A stretch of 64,000 nt of DNA from assembly GCA_965222605.1 (NCBI GenBank), contig OZ244960.1:6048001-6112000 (forward strand), given 5' to 3'. Below the pieces are notes generated by a model. It was given only the letters and a program-made list of their open reading frames with translations, did no database searches and had not been told where the DNA came from. This document shows positions 1-10,388 of this stretch, one piece after another; position 1 is the first letter of the stretch; every line of letters begins with the position of its first letter. Origin of the DNA: Candidatus Latescibacterota bacterium. Lineage in GTDB: Bacteria > Latescibacterota > UBA2968. The position numbers were made by a program, and so were the translations under genes.

Positions 1-59
1 CGTAGATAAAACCGATGAATCGAATGTCGGCAAAGAGCCATGTGATAGGAGGCGAAATT

Positions 60-1445
60 ATGGCGCCCAATATTGTTTTGTTGCTTACGGATCAGTTGAG
101 ACGCGATGCGTTGGGGTGTTATGGCAATGAGATATGTCAGACGCCCAATTTGGACCGACTTGCAGAGGAGGGCATACGGTTTGATCAGGCTTATACCACA
201 AGCCCTGTTTGTTCACCAGCGCGCGCTTCGTTGATGAGCGGTCTTTATCCGCACAATCACGGGGTGATGCTCAATACGCATATCGCGCCTGCGTGGAGTA
301 GGGGATTGTCAACAGATGTGCCGACGTTTAGCCGTTTGCTCAAAGAGGCGGGGTATGTGCTGGATTATGCGGGTAAGTGGCATGTCCATCAAGATATTGG
401 ACCTGGGGAATACGGCTTTGATCGACATGAGATGGGTAGAGCTGGACACGGGAAAATAGTCCCCGGTACAGAATTGACGATTGAATTTCCCGGAGGTTCT
501 TTTCCGGTGGCAGGAACATGCGAGATGCCGCCAGAGGAGAACAAAACGTGGAAGGTGACGGATTGTGGGATCGAGATGTTGCGCGAAAGAGCGGGAGGAG
601 ACAAGCCGTTTTTTTTGCGGATTGATGCAACAGCACCTCATTTTGCCAATATTGTGCCAGAGCCGTATGCGTCAATGTACGATCCCAAAGCCATTCCGCC
701 ATGGCCAAATTTTGACGAATCCTTTGAAGGCAAACCCGCCACCCATTTGCGCAAACATCGAGAATGGAATCTCGAAAATAAAGATTGGGCCTGGTGGCGA
801 CAGGTGGTTGCCAAATATTATGGCGATGTGTCTCTGATTGATACATGCGTGGGACGCGTGCTGGATGAGATACGGGAATGTGGGATTGAGGACAATACGA
901 TATTTCTTTTTAGTACAGATCACGGAGATGCCACGGGCAGTCACAAGCATTTTGAAAAATCCGGGACAATGTACGATGAGGTATTTCGGATTCCGCTGTT
1001 GATGAAAGTGCCAGGAGGTGTAAGTCGCAGTGTCTCGCAATTTGTTCGGCTGATGGATTTGATGCCTACATTTGTCGAATGGGGTGGTGGGAAATTGCCC
1101 GAAGGATTGGATGCGAGAAGTTTGGTGCCGCTTGTAAATGGCGATGATCCCGACGATTGGGCAGATAGCGTGTATTGCGAAAGCCACGGTGAGGTATGGG
1201 GCTATAGCTCACAGCGAATGGTGCGCACGGAGAAATGGAAATACGTATATACACCTCACGACCTGGATGAATTATACGATCTCGAAAACGATCCTGCGGA
1301 GATGAATAATCGGATTGATGACCCGATGTGTGCCAATGTGTTAGAGAATATGAAAGGTCGCCTGTTGGGGTGGAATGATGCGACCAATGATATGTTTCAA
1401 TGGCGTTGGGTGAGATGGAATTTTCCCGAGCCGATTGCGCCATAA
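60..1445 (+). CDS. Sulfatase (choline-sulfatase-like)
   Basis: PNIVLLLTDQ N-terminus, CSPARAS formylglycine motif, GKWH, SDHG-like STDHG; AGGAGG RBS before ATG at 60. Confidence 0.9.
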   Translation: MAPNIVLLLTDQLRRDALGCYGNEICQTPNLDRLAEEGIRFDQAYTTSPVCSPARASLMSGLYPHNHGVMLNTHIAPAWSRGLSTDVPTFSRLLKEAGYVLDYAGKWHVHQDIGPGEYGFDRHEMGRAGHGKIVPGTELTIEFPGGSFPVAGTCEMPPEENKTWKVTDCGIEMLRERAGGDKPFFLRIDATAPHFANIVPEPYASMYDPKAIPPWPNFDESFEGKPATHLRKHREWNLENKDWAWWRQVVAKYYGDVSLIDTCVGRVLDEIRECGIEDNTIFLFSTDHGDATGSHKHFEKSGTMYDEVFRIPLLMKVPGGVSRSVSQFVRLMDLMPTFVEWGGGKLPEGLDARSLVPLVNGDDPDDWADSVYCESHGEVWGYSSQRMVRTEKWKYVYTPHDLDELYDLENDPAEMNNRIDDPMCANVLENMKGRLLGWNDATNDMFQWRWVRWNFPEPIAP

Positions 1446-1471
1446 ATAATGGAAAACAAAGGTAAGGCATG

Positions 1472-1513
1472 TTGCATCTCGAACGACTGAAAGATAAGAG
1501 GAGGACAAAATGA
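1472..1513 (+). pseudogene. Probable 3' remnant of a RelE/HigB-type toxin gene
   Basis: Reads LHLERLKDKRRTK* with stop overlapping the ATG of the XRE gene; resembles the C-termini of toxins that precede this antitoxin type. Confidence 0.35.
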
Positions 1514-1848
1514 CGACTCTATCAGAGAGATTGGACCGGCTCCCCCCAGCGCGTCGGAAGAAAGTGGAGGAGCGGGCCAGGGCGTTGATCGCTGAAGAGA
1601 TGTCTCTACGAGACCTGCGCAAGGCGCTGAAACAGACGCAGGTGCGCGTGGCAAAGGAACTCGGGATCAATCAGGAAAACGTATCCCGTATTGAAAAGCG
1701 TAGCGACTTGCTGCTATCCACGCTCAGTGGCTATGTCGAAGCGATGGGTGGAACATTGCGCCTGGTAGCGGAATTCCCCGACCGTCCGCCCGTTGCACTG
1801 ACGGGCATTGCGGCTCTGGATAAGGAAGACACGCCGGCAAAGCCATAG
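1510..1848 (+). CDS. XRE-family HTH protein, HigA-like antitoxin
   Basis: LRDLRKALKQTQVRVAKELGINQENVSRIEKRSDLLLSTL...YVEAMGG pattern. Confidence 0.8.
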   Translation: MTTLSERLDRLPPARRKKVEERARALIAEEMSLRDLRKALKQTQVRVAKELGINQENVSRIEKRSDLLLSTLSGYVEAMGGTLRLVAEFPDRPPVALTGIAALDKEDTPAKP

Positions 1849-1868
1849 TGGCGCACATAAGGTAAGAC

Positions 1869-2073
1869 ATGGAATATCGCGAGTTGGGAAAAAGTGGGGT
1901 GTCCGATTTTTCAGTTAGACGAATTGTGGAAAGTATGGATGAAAGTCTTATGCGATTGGGGTTGGATTATGTGAATATTTTCCAGTGTCACGATATTGCT
2001 TACCGAGGTACTTGAGATCCTGAAGCCGATACGGAACACTACCTGGGTGCGTGGACTGCCTGAGAACAATTGA
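1869..2073 (+). pseudogene. Internally deleted aldo/keto reductase relic
   Basis: Three fused pieces: MEYRELGKSGVS, DESLMRLGLDYVNIFQCHDI, LEILKPIRNTTWVRGLPENN*. Confidence 0.65.
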
Positions 2074-2086
2074 AATACAAGTTGAT

Positions 2087-3184
2087 CTATACTGCGTATT
2101 GCTCCACCGCCTCGGGGTCCAGTTCCAGGCCCAGACCCGGTTTGTCGGGATTGGGTGACCAGACGCCATTGACCGGCTCGGAAAATTCTGTGTAGGTTAT
2201 CTGGTCGGCTTCTTCTACTATGCCGAGGTATTCCACAATTCGTAGATTCGGGGTCGCGCAAGCCAGGTGCAGGTGGATGAGTTGGTAGGCATGAGGAGCA
2301 ACGGGCAAGTTGAAGGCGTGGGCCAGGTGCGCCACTTTCATCCATTCGGTGATGCCGCCGACCCGGCCCACATCGGGTTGGACGATATCCGCTCCGCCCC
2401 GGGCGATGAGGTCTTTAAAGCCGTATTTGGTGTACTCGTGTTCGCCGGTTGCGATGGGAATCGTGGTGGCACGGGCAATAGCGGCCAGGCCTTCGATGTC
2501 ATCGGCCAGCACGGGTTCTTCAAACCATCCGATGTTGTATTCCTCAAACGCCTGGGCCATGCGAATGGCTTGCTTGGCGTAGTACCCATTGTTTGCGTCA
2601 ACGAGAATCTCCACGTCATCGCCCAGTGCTTTCCGCACCGCAGATAGTCGCGCCACATCTTCCCCCTCACTTCGGCCAAAATCTTTGCCGACCTTCATTT
2701 TGACGGACTTCATGCCGCGTTCTACATAGCCGGCCTGTTCGGCAATTAATTCATCTATGCTGAAGTGGGTCCAACCGCCGCTACCGTAAACCGGGACGGT
2801 GTCAGTATAAGGACCGAGCAATTTGTAGAGGGGAGTTTGATAATACTTGGCCTTCAAGTCCCACAGGGCAATATCGACTGCCGAAAGGGCACAAAAGGCC
2901 AGGCCCTTGCGGCCCACACCGCGTATGCGCCAGAACATGTTGTCCCACAACTGTTCGATGTTAAGTGGGTCCTGACCCACCAGAATGGGTTTGAGCGACC
3001 CTTCAATGATCTCACGGGCGGCCCGTGCGCCCCCTCCTGTGCCCAGCCCTTCCAATCCCTCATCGGTGACGATGTGGACAAAGCACTGTGTTCTGCCCTG
3101 TTCAAGGTGACGAATGGTGGCGTCCTGGATGCCTCCCAGATGAGGCATCGACAGGACGGTTGTTTTTACATCTGTAATTTGCAC
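2087..3184 (-). CDS. Mandelate racemase / muconate lactonizing enzyme family protein
   Basis: SAVDIALWDL, KMKVG, VDAN, WFEEP, TGEHE enolase-superfamily motifs. Confidence 0.9.
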   Translation of the reverse strand: MQITDVKTTVLSMPHLGGIQDATIRHLEQGRTQCFVHIVTDEGLEGLGTGGGARAAREIIEGSLKPILVGQDPLNIEQLWDNMFWRIRGVGRKGLAFCALSAVDIALWDLKAKYYQTPLYKLLGPYTDTVPVYGSGGWTHFSIDELIAEQAGYVERGMKSVKMKVGKDFGRSEGEDVARLSAVRKALGDDVEILVDANNGYYAKQAIRMAQAFEEYNIGWFEEPVLADDIEGLAAIARATTIPIATGEHEYTKYGFKDLIARGGADIVQPDVGRVGGITEWMKVAHLAHAFNLPVAPHAYQLIHLHLACATPNLRIVEYLGIVEEADQITYTEFSEPVNGVWSPNPDKPGLGLELDPEAVEQYAV

Positions 3185-3352
3185 GGTGACTCTCTCCTGA
3201 GGGGGTTATGATATCTGGAAAGATTGCGTAGCGATATAAATTACGACGACATCATTTAAAAGTCTATCGATATGTGCTCGATCAGACGGATGTGGGCTGC
3301 CTGAGAACAATTGATATGTCGGATACGCCCCTTACTACATTGGAGGTATGAC

Positions 3353-5398
3353 ATGGAGAAAGTTGGTTTATGGATCATGAGTTTATTGACGGTGTCTGTG
3401 CTGTATTCAAATGTAGAAGCACGGGGAACGTACCCATCTCAGCCGATGCTCGATGCACGGGGTGTGGGCATTTTGCATTTAGATGGTTTGCAGTTCAAAG
3501 ACTTGAATAAGAATGGCAAAGTTGATGTGTATGAAGATTGGCGTCAGCCCGTTGACAAGCGCGTGGCGAATCTGCTTTCGCACATGACATTGGAAGAAAA
3601 GGCTGGTATGCTGCTCATCAATACGTTAAACGCTGAGTCTGGCGGTCGGTTCTCTGATCGCGCTGTGCAATTTGTTGAGACGGAAAAGATGACCCGTTTT
3701 ATCTTTCGCAACACTGTTACTGCGACGCCTGGCTCTGACAAGGGATCGCGGAGGCGTGGCGCTGAAATTACTCCTTATGAAGCCGCGCAGTTTATGAATG
3801 CGATGCAGGAACTTGCTGAGGCGACCCGTCTGGGTATTCCCGCGCTATTCAAATCCAATGCCAGAAACCACTACGAACACGATGCAAGAGCAGGCATCAG
3901 CGTTTCGGCAGGCTCGTTTTCGGAATGGCCAAAAGAAGCAGGGCTGGCGGCAACGCGAGATATGGAACTGATTGCAGAGTTTGCCCAGATTATGGCCCAG
4001 GAGTGGACATCGATTGGTTTGCGATCGATGTATGGCTATATGGCCGATCTTGCGACAGAACCGCGCTGGTATCGGGCTCATGAGACATTTACAGAAGATG
4101 CAGATCTGGCCGCCAATATCATGACTGTTCTGGTGAAGAATCTACAGGGTGAGCAACTGAATTCAAAAAGTGTTGCGCTGACAATGAAACACTTTCCCGG
4201 CGGCGGTCCTCAGGAAGGCGGTGGTGATCCGCACTACGATTTTGGTAAGAATCAGGTTTATCCTGCGAAAAACTTTGATTATCATGTAAGGCCATTTAAA
4301 GCTGCCATCGATGCAGGGGTGTCATCAATTATGCCTTATTATGGCGTTCCAATCGGTCAGCAGTATTTGCCCAATGATGTGGGAATGGCTTTCTCGAAGG
4401 GAATTTTGACCGAGTTGCTGCGAAACAACCTTGGGTTTAAGGGGTATGTCAATTCTGATACAGGCATTATTGGTGGTCGAGCATGGGGTTTGGAAGACAA
4501 GAGCATTGATGAACAGATTGTCATTGCTGTAGAGGCTGGAACCGATGTATTGTCTGGTTTTAACAATAACAAACAGATTTTGAATCTTGTGACTGGCGGA
4601 AAGCTTTCTGAAGAACGGGTTGATCTGTCTGTGCGCAGGCTCTTAAGAGAACAATTTCAGTTGGGTCTTTTTGAAAATCCTTATGTGGATCCCAATCGGG
4701 CAGGTTATCTGGTGGGCAACCGGGCATTTCAGAAGAAAGCGGAGATTGCGCAGCGCAAATCTATTGTTTTGCTGCAAAACAACGCTGGTATATTGCCCCT
4801 GAAGGCCCAAAGTGAGACAGATTCTATTCAGATTTATACAATGGGTGTGAACCCAGAAGTGGTAAGAGATCCATCGTGGTCTGGTTATGTTGTGGTGGCA
4901 GGAGACTATGATTCGAGCAAGGGTGAGACGCGGCCAGTTGTGCCAAAAGGGACGGATTATGCGATTTTGCGAGTTGTTGTCTCTAACCCGCGTTCGCAGG
5001 AAAGACGCTTTGGTGGAGCCAACCCGGATGAACTGGATTTGCTGGCGTTTTCTGATATGGCAAAGGCCAAATCCTGGTCCATTTCACCTTCTCTCACGGA
5101 TATTCAGGGTATTATGAAGGAAGTGGGGGCCAATAAGACTATTCTCGCCATTCGGTTTCGGCAACCCTATGTTCTGGATCAGCACAGTGGGTTGAGAAAG
5201 GCTGGCGCGATTTTGGCGACTTTTGGCGTGAGCGATGCAGCTATTTTAGATATTCTGACTGGAAAATTCAAACCTTCGGGGAAACTTCCTTTTGCTCTGG
5301 CTAAAAATGCAAAGGCGATTGCGAAACAGGATCCAGACGCACCGGGATACGACAAAGCAGACACGCTGTTTCCGTTTGGTCATGGTTTGAGTTATTAG
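3353..5398 (+). CDS. Glycoside hydrolase family 3 (beta-glucosidase-like), secreted
   Basis: Signal-peptide-like N-terminus, FKDLNKNG, MTLEEKAG, KHFPG, VNSDTG nucleophile region, PSGKLPF, LFPFGHGLSY. Confidence 0.9.
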   Translation: MEKVGLWIMSLLTVSVLYSNVEARGTYPSQPMLDARGVGILHLDGLQFKDLNKNGKVDVYEDWRQPVDKRVANLLSHMTLEEKAGMLLINTLNAESGGRFSDRAVQFVETEKMTRFIFRNTVTATPGSDKGSRRRGAEITPYEAAQFMNAMQELAEATRLGIPALFKSNARNHYEHDARAGISVSAGSFSEWPKEAGLAATRDMELIAEFAQIMAQEWTSIGLRSMYGYMADLATEPRWYRAHETFTEDADLAANIMTVLVKNLQGEQLNSKSVALTMKHFPGGGPQEGGGDPHYDFGKNQVYPAKNFDYHVRPFKAAIDAGVSSIMPYYGVPIGQQYLPNDVGMAFSKGILTELLRNNLGFKGYVNSDTGIIGGRAWGLEDKSIDEQIVIAVEAGTDVLSGFNNNKQILNLVTGGKLSEERVDLSVRRLLREQFQLGLFENPYVDPNRAGYLVGNRAFQKKAEIAQRKSIVLLQNNAGILPLKAQSETDSIQIYTMGVNPEVVRDPSWSGYVVVAGDYDSSKGETRPVVPKGTDYAILRVVVSNPRSQERRFGGANPDELDLLAFSDMAKAKSWSISPSLTDIQGIMKEVGANKTILAIRFRQPYVLDQHSGLRKAGAILATFGVSDAAILDILTGKFKPSGKLPFALAKNAKAIAKQDPDAPGYDKADTLFPFGHGLSY

Positions 5399-5427
5399 AT
5401 TAACATAAATCCTGACAGGAGGCGAAA

Positions 5428-5516
5428 ATGCCTGATCGGCCGAATATCCTGTTTATCAACTTCGGGAATATTGGGATGCACATCCTGAATTAGGAGAAAT
5501 GCGGATACAGTTTTAG
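5428..5516 (+). pseudogene. Sulfatase start stub fused to a gene end
   Basis: AGGAGG RBS then MPDRPNILFIN, immediately followed by an unrelated-frame tail LREYWDAHPELGEMRIQF*. Confidence 0.5.
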
Positions 5517-5554
5517 TTGGCGCAACCACAGATGCAAAAAGAAAGGTTTAGCAG

Positions 5555-6847
5555 ATGAGTAAGACGACAGATGATGATCTCAAAGAACGTTCCAATATTC
5601 TGATTATTTTTACTGATGATCAGGGATATGCGGATCTTGGCTGTTTTGAAAACAAAAAGAACAAGACGCCACGGCTGGATCAGTTGGCGAAGGAGGGCAC
5701 GCGCTTCACCAGCTTTTACGCCCAGCCAGTGTGCGGTCCGTCTCGTTCGGCATTGCTCACTGGTCGCTATCCGGTCCGCAGCAAAGGCTGGGGGATGCCT
5801 GCCAGTGAGATCACCTTTGCCGAGTTGATGAAACCCGCAGGATACCAGACAGCCTGTATCGGTAAGTGGGATGTCTCGAACAGGAAGGAAATTATCGAGC
5901 GCATGCCGAACGCACAGGGGTTTGATTATTATTACGGTACTCTCGGAGCAAACGACAACGGATTTATAAAGTTCCACGAGAATAACAGAGCGGTTGGTGA
6001 AACGGAAGACATGAGCTGTACGATTCGTCTGTACACCGATAAAGCGATTGATTTTCTGGAGAATCGCCGAGATCCGAACAAGCCGTTTGTGCTCTATCTG
6101 GCGCATACGATGTTGCACACGATCATCGATGCATCTCCTGAGTTTAAAGGAAAATCGGCTGGCGGGCTATATGGGGATGTGGTTGAAGAGTTAGACCATG
6201 AGACCGGGCGTTTGCTCGACAAGCTGGACGCGCTGGGGCTGCACGATGACACACTGGTGATCTATACTACCGATAACGGACCGTGGTGCCAACCCAGGTA
6301 CTATGAAAACAAGAAAGGCCATCCAGAGGGTTCCATCTTTTGGGGTGATCCCGGACCGTTGCGTGCCGGTAAGGGATCAGCTTATGAAGCTGGATCTCGT
6401 GTGCCCTGTATTGTCCGTTGGCCGGGTAAAGTCCCGGCTGGGCGTACCTCTGATGCGCTCTGGGCCACGATTGATTTAATGCCGACTTTTACCGCATTAG
6501 CAGGTGTCAAACCGCCGATGGATCGTGTGATTGATGGCATTGATCAGGCCGCATTGCTTTTGGGGCAGACCGAAGAAGGCCGAGAAACCTTTATCTATGA
6601 TCAAGTGGGAGATGGCGATGCCAATATGGGCGTCGGTATTAGAAAAGGGAAGTGGAAGCTGCTGCTCCCTGGGCGCAAACCGGAACAAGACCATCGATTT
6701 CTGATGGATTTTGGAACCAATGGTCTGGAGTTATACGATCTGGATAGCGACATTGGCGAAAAGAACAACGTCGCAGACGATCATCCTGAAGTTGTGAAAG
6801 AACTCCGTGAAACCTTAGACAGTTTTAAAAAAGGTGTAAAGGAATGA
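5555..6847 (+). CDS. Arylsulfatase family protein
   Basis: DDQGYADLGCF, CGPSRSALLTGRYP, TDNGP, YEAGSRVP. Confidence 0.92.
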   Translation: MSKTTDDDLKERSNILIIFTDDQGYADLGCFENKKNKTPRLDQLAKEGTRFTSFYAQPVCGPSRSALLTGRYPVRSKGWGMPASEITFAELMKPAGYQTACIGKWDVSNRKEIIERMPNAQGFDYYYGTLGANDNGFIKFHENNRAVGETEDMSCTIRLYTDKAIDFLENRRDPNKPFVLYLAHTMLHTIIDASPEFKGKSAGGLYGDVVEELDHETGRLLDKLDALGLHDDTLVIYTTDNGPWCQPRYYENKKGHPEGSIFWGDPGPLRAGKGSAYEAGSRVPCIVRWPGKVPAGRTSDALWATIDLMPTFTALAGVKPPMDRVIDGIDQAALLLGQTEEGRETFIYDQVGDGDANMGVGIRKGKWKLLLPGRKPEQDHRFLMDFGTNGLELYDLDSDIGEKNNVADDHPEVVKELRETLDSFKKGVKE

Positions 6848-6991
6848 TGGAAAGGTCGTTTCTGACACACCTGTTTCTTGTCATACCAACCTACTTGGAG
6901 TGAAGCATGTCAAAAAAGAATCCGAATGCGTAATGGGCAAGCGTGTCCGTATCCTGGACCCGTTCGTCGATCAGGAAGGGAGGAGTAGCAC

Positions 6992-7783
6992 ATGGGTGAG
7001 TTTTATATGCCCGAAGATGCAGAGGCTCAATTAGAAGACCGTGGTTTTTTTGTGGCTCGCAACCTGCTTACAGCCCAAGCAGTTGAGGCCGTGCGAAGTG
7101 AACTTGAACGGGTCATCGCAGAAGAGCCGGAAGGATTCAGATTGACCACTGATCGCGCAGATGACACAGGTGTTGACGGTGATGCGGCGGTATGGGCTGT
7201 GGGCGATCGGGACCTTTATAGCCGGGTGCTTTGGGAGGAGTGGCTGACGGCAGAGAATGTGATTGCAATGAACCAACGCTTTCTGGGTGAGAATGTTCGC
7301 GTGCAAGGCACGCGTTTTTTTACGAAGCAGGCTCGAATCGGCGAATCGGTTCCCTGGCATCAGGACATTTGGTTGTGGGAGCGCGATGCCTCGCGTGGCA
7401 TCAGGCCACACAAGCGCGAACATTTTAATTGTTGGGTGGCTCTGGAGGCTGTCGATCTGGAGAATGGGTGTTTGCATGTGATGCCGGGCACCCACAAAGG
7501 CGACGTGATCGAACACGTGCAGTATGATGGCTTGCACCCAGAGATTCCGCGTGAGCTGGTCACGGAGAGAACGCCTGAACCTGTGCCATTGGGGCCGGGC
7601 GATGCGGTGGTCTGGCATGCACATATGTGGCATATGAGCCCACCAAATACGAGCGATCGCACGCGATGGGGCGGTGTGATGATTACTTTTCCTGAAGAGA
7701 TGGCTGAAAAGGCGAATCAGGCCGATCGGGGTGTCCTGATCCGTGATGGGATGGCGTGTTCTTATCCAGGACCGATTCGTTGA
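6992..7783 (+). CDS. Phytanoyl-CoA dioxygenase (PhyH) family Fe(II)/2OG dioxygenase
   Basis: WHQD HxD motif, ENGCLHVMPGTH, distal His in WHMSPPN, R of DRTR. Confidence 0.9.
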   Translation: MGEFYMPEDAEAQLEDRGFFVARNLLTAQAVEAVRSELERVIAEEPEGFRLTTDRADDTGVDGDAAVWAVGDRDLYSRVLWEEWLTAENVIAMNQRFLGENVRVQGTRFFTKQARIGESVPWHQDIWLWERDASRGIRPHKREHFNCWVALEAVDLENGCLHVMPGTHKGDVIEHVQYDGLHPEIPRELVTERTPEPVPLGPGDAVVWHAHMWHMSPPNTSDRTRWGGVMITFPEEMAEKANQADRGVLIRDGMACSYPGPIR

Positions 7784-7824
7784 GTCACATCTCCAGTTTT
7801 TCATTTTTAACCAAAGGGCACAAT

Positions 7825-8293
7825 ATGGCCGAACAAGAGGATTATACATCACTGGTGCCGTTTCATACTTTTCCATATGCATTGGAAGAACAGATTGAAG
7901 CACTTAAGACCAATCCGTTGTTACAACGGATGAAAGCGTATCGAGAATCGTATGACGGTGATCCTCACAGACCGGTTTATCACTATGTGAATCCTGAGCA
8001 CACACTGAACGATCCCAATGGGCTGTGTTTTTGGCAGGGTAAATGGCATCTGTTTTATCAAGCCTATCCGCCCGAAGATACCAGACAGCACTGGGGGCAC
8101 GCGATCAGCGATGATTTGATTCATTGGGAAGATTTGCCTTATGCCATTTATCCCAATCCCGAACGATGCTGTTTTTCTGGTGCGACCTTGGTGGAAGATG
8201 ACCGTGTGATTGCGATATATCACGGGACAGAAGTGGGCAACATGGTGGCGGTGTCAAATGACCCTTTGCTTTTGAACTGGGAGAAATTGACAG
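7825..8293 (+). pseudogene. GH32 glycoside hydrolase, 5' part (interrupted by 6.8 kb insertion)
   Basis: HRPVYHY, LNDPNG, WHLFYQ, HWGHAISDDLIHW, FSG motifs; frame continues at ~15134. Confidence 0.88.
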
Positions 8294-8517
8294 GGTCAAG
8301 TCCTATTTTTAGTTCATTTTGAAAACCCACGTCCTTTGGGCGTGGCTTTTTACCCTCAGAAACTGTTTAAGCGACTCCAAACAAAGATCCCTGGTTTCAC
8401 AAGGATCGGAGGTTACGATACCTATTCCCCTCCTCCTGCCTTGCGCTTGCCAAAACCACATCCGACTTATGCTGTCAAACTGAATATTAACGCGATATAT
8501 TTGTTCATCCTTATTAA

Positions 8518-8712
8518 CAATACTTCGGACAGTTTTTGGCTGTAGAAGGTTCTTTGAAATCAACAAGTTAGATGAGGCCAGATGTTTTATTTTCAACTTA
8601 GGTCTGCACCCTGAGTTTGATAAAAAAACAGGTCATTCTATAAACCTTTGTTTTATAGAAACTTAGAGTTTTTGGCTGGTTAAAAATCTATCGAAAAGTG
8701 TCCGAACCATTG
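8518..8712. mobile_element. MITE (195 bp)
   Basis: IRs CAATACTTCGGACAGTTTT / CAATGGTTCGGACACTTTT, flanked by TATTAA duplication (8512-8517, 8713-8718). Confidence 0.7.
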
Positions 8713-8881
8713 TATTAAAAGGAGGTAACTATTTAGGTCATTTGAATGATTAGCCACAAAATGCACAAAAATCACAAAAGTATGCTGTGGGAGCGGCATC
8801 CCTGCCGCGATTAAGGTCGGGAAAAGGATTTCCCTCCTACGCGGCCACAAGAACCTAAATAATTACAAAAGGAGTATTATT

Positions 8882-9475
8882 ATGGCAAGGCACTGTTTTC
8901 TGTTCGGATTCGTGTTGTCTTTGTTTTTTGGCTCAGTGAATGCAGAGGATTTGAATAAGCACACAATTCGAGGCACTCATTGGGGAATGACACTGGCCGA
9001 AGTAAAGGCTATTGAGAAGTGGGAATATATGGGTATGGTTGGAAATTTCGCGGCGTATGCTGGAGAATTGGTAAAAGGAACAAAGACGAATCTGTTGTAT
9101 GAGTTTGACGGCGATTTGCTTGTCAGTCTCGCCTATATTATAGAATCTGCGAATAAGAACACATACCTTTTATTTCAGGAACTATTGGTGAAGAAATACG
9201 GCTCTTTCATAAGGGAGATAACGGAACAAGACTTAAAAACACAGGCGAAGATGTTGAAGGAATATAATTTAGATGTAGAAGGATATAAGCCTGTGAATGT
9301 TACTTTTACCGAGTGGGTTATCTTCAAAAAGACCACCCGCGTAAAATTGATATACTCCTCGAAAAAAAAGGCTCTTACCATCCAATATGGGCATAAAGAA
9401 TATCAGGACAAGAAAGCACAATTAAAAGAACAAAGAAAAAAGGATCACTCATCGGTTGATAGTAATGATCTCTAA
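8882..9475 (+). CDS. Hypothetical secreted protein
   Basis: AGGAG RBS, signal-peptide-like N-terminus, RGTHWGMTLAEVK motif, AT-rich. Confidence 0.65.
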   Translation: MARHCFLFGFVLSLFFGSVNAEDLNKHTIRGTHWGMTLAEVKAIEKWEYMGMVGNFAAYAGELVKGTKTNLLYEFDGDLLVSLAYIIESANKNTYLLFQELLVKKYGSFIREITEQDLKTQAKMLKEYNLDVEGYKPVNVTFTEWVIFKKTTRVKLIYSSKKKALTIQYGHKEYQDKKAQLKEQRKKDHSSVDSNDL

Positions 9476-9928
9476 TTTTAATGGGCTATGCTATCAATTT
9501 TTGGTAGCATTGTTTTTTTCTCCTTTCTGTTAGCTTCGGCACTATTCTACATATAAGGAAGGGGACTCAATTGCCCTTCGTAAAGATGGGGAACCCATCT
9601 TTGTCAGGCGCGAGAAGGTTGAGTACGGCTGGATATTAGACATTGTTCCGTTGAAAGGGTTGAAGTATCGCTACGAATTGCCCGACCCCCCGGCTACATC
9701 TGAACGACTGATGATCGGAAAGCGTGTCTTTAATCGAACCGCAAAATTTTATTGAACCACAATTTAAATTCGCTGATGATTTTCATTCAACCGAACCTTT
9801 AACAACGCTCGATTGACGGGCTTTATCCTGGGCCACACACACCGCATGTTTAGGAGCCAGGTGAAGGCGTACCTGTTCTCGCTGAATTGACAGGGCGGGC
9901 AATGTCAAGATGTGGAATTATATACTAA

Positions 9929-9971
9929 AGTGTCAAAAATAATTGACACTATTTTTATATTTCTATATATT
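9929..9971 (+). promoter_or_regulatory. Sigma70-like promoter with overlapping palindromic operator
   Basis: TTGACA (9943) -17 bp- TATATT (9966); AGTGTCAA-N6-TTGACACT palindrome over the -35. Confidence 0.65.
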
Positions 9972-9984
9972 TTGAGCATTGCCC

Positions 9985-10109
9985 CTTCAGACATTCAGTG
10001 CTGAAGCCCCCGGACTTGTTAGTGGGTCCGGGTTGAATTTGTAAATAATTAACCACCCCTGTTGCTTCGGGAGCAGGGCGCGAAGCCGTATAGAACTCTA
10101 TACGGCTTC
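9985..10109 (+). ncRNA. Candidate structured leader or small RNA upstream of the NYN gene
   Basis: Four consecutive hairpins including a C(UUCG)G loop and a perfect 12 bp stem. Confidence 0.45.
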
Positions 10110-10388
10110 TGCATTTTGGAGATTTAATGAAAACAAATGTCTATATTGACGGGCTTAATCTATATTACAGAGCCGTGCGAGGAACGCAGTATAAATGGCT
10201 GGATATAGATGCATTACTCAAAAAAATGTATTCCCAAAATACCATTTGCAAAATCAAGTATTTCACTTCGATTGTGAGTTCGCGTCCTAATGATCCCGGA
10301 CAATCAACGCGCCAACAAATCTATCTACGGGCTTTACGTACTTTTCCGAACATTGAGATTATTGAAGGTCACTTTTTGACCAGCAAAG

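Noticed and set aside
8309-8596. ORF as the transposase of the 6.8 kb element
   Set aside because: Its 5' part lies inside a MITE and no DDE motifs are recognisable
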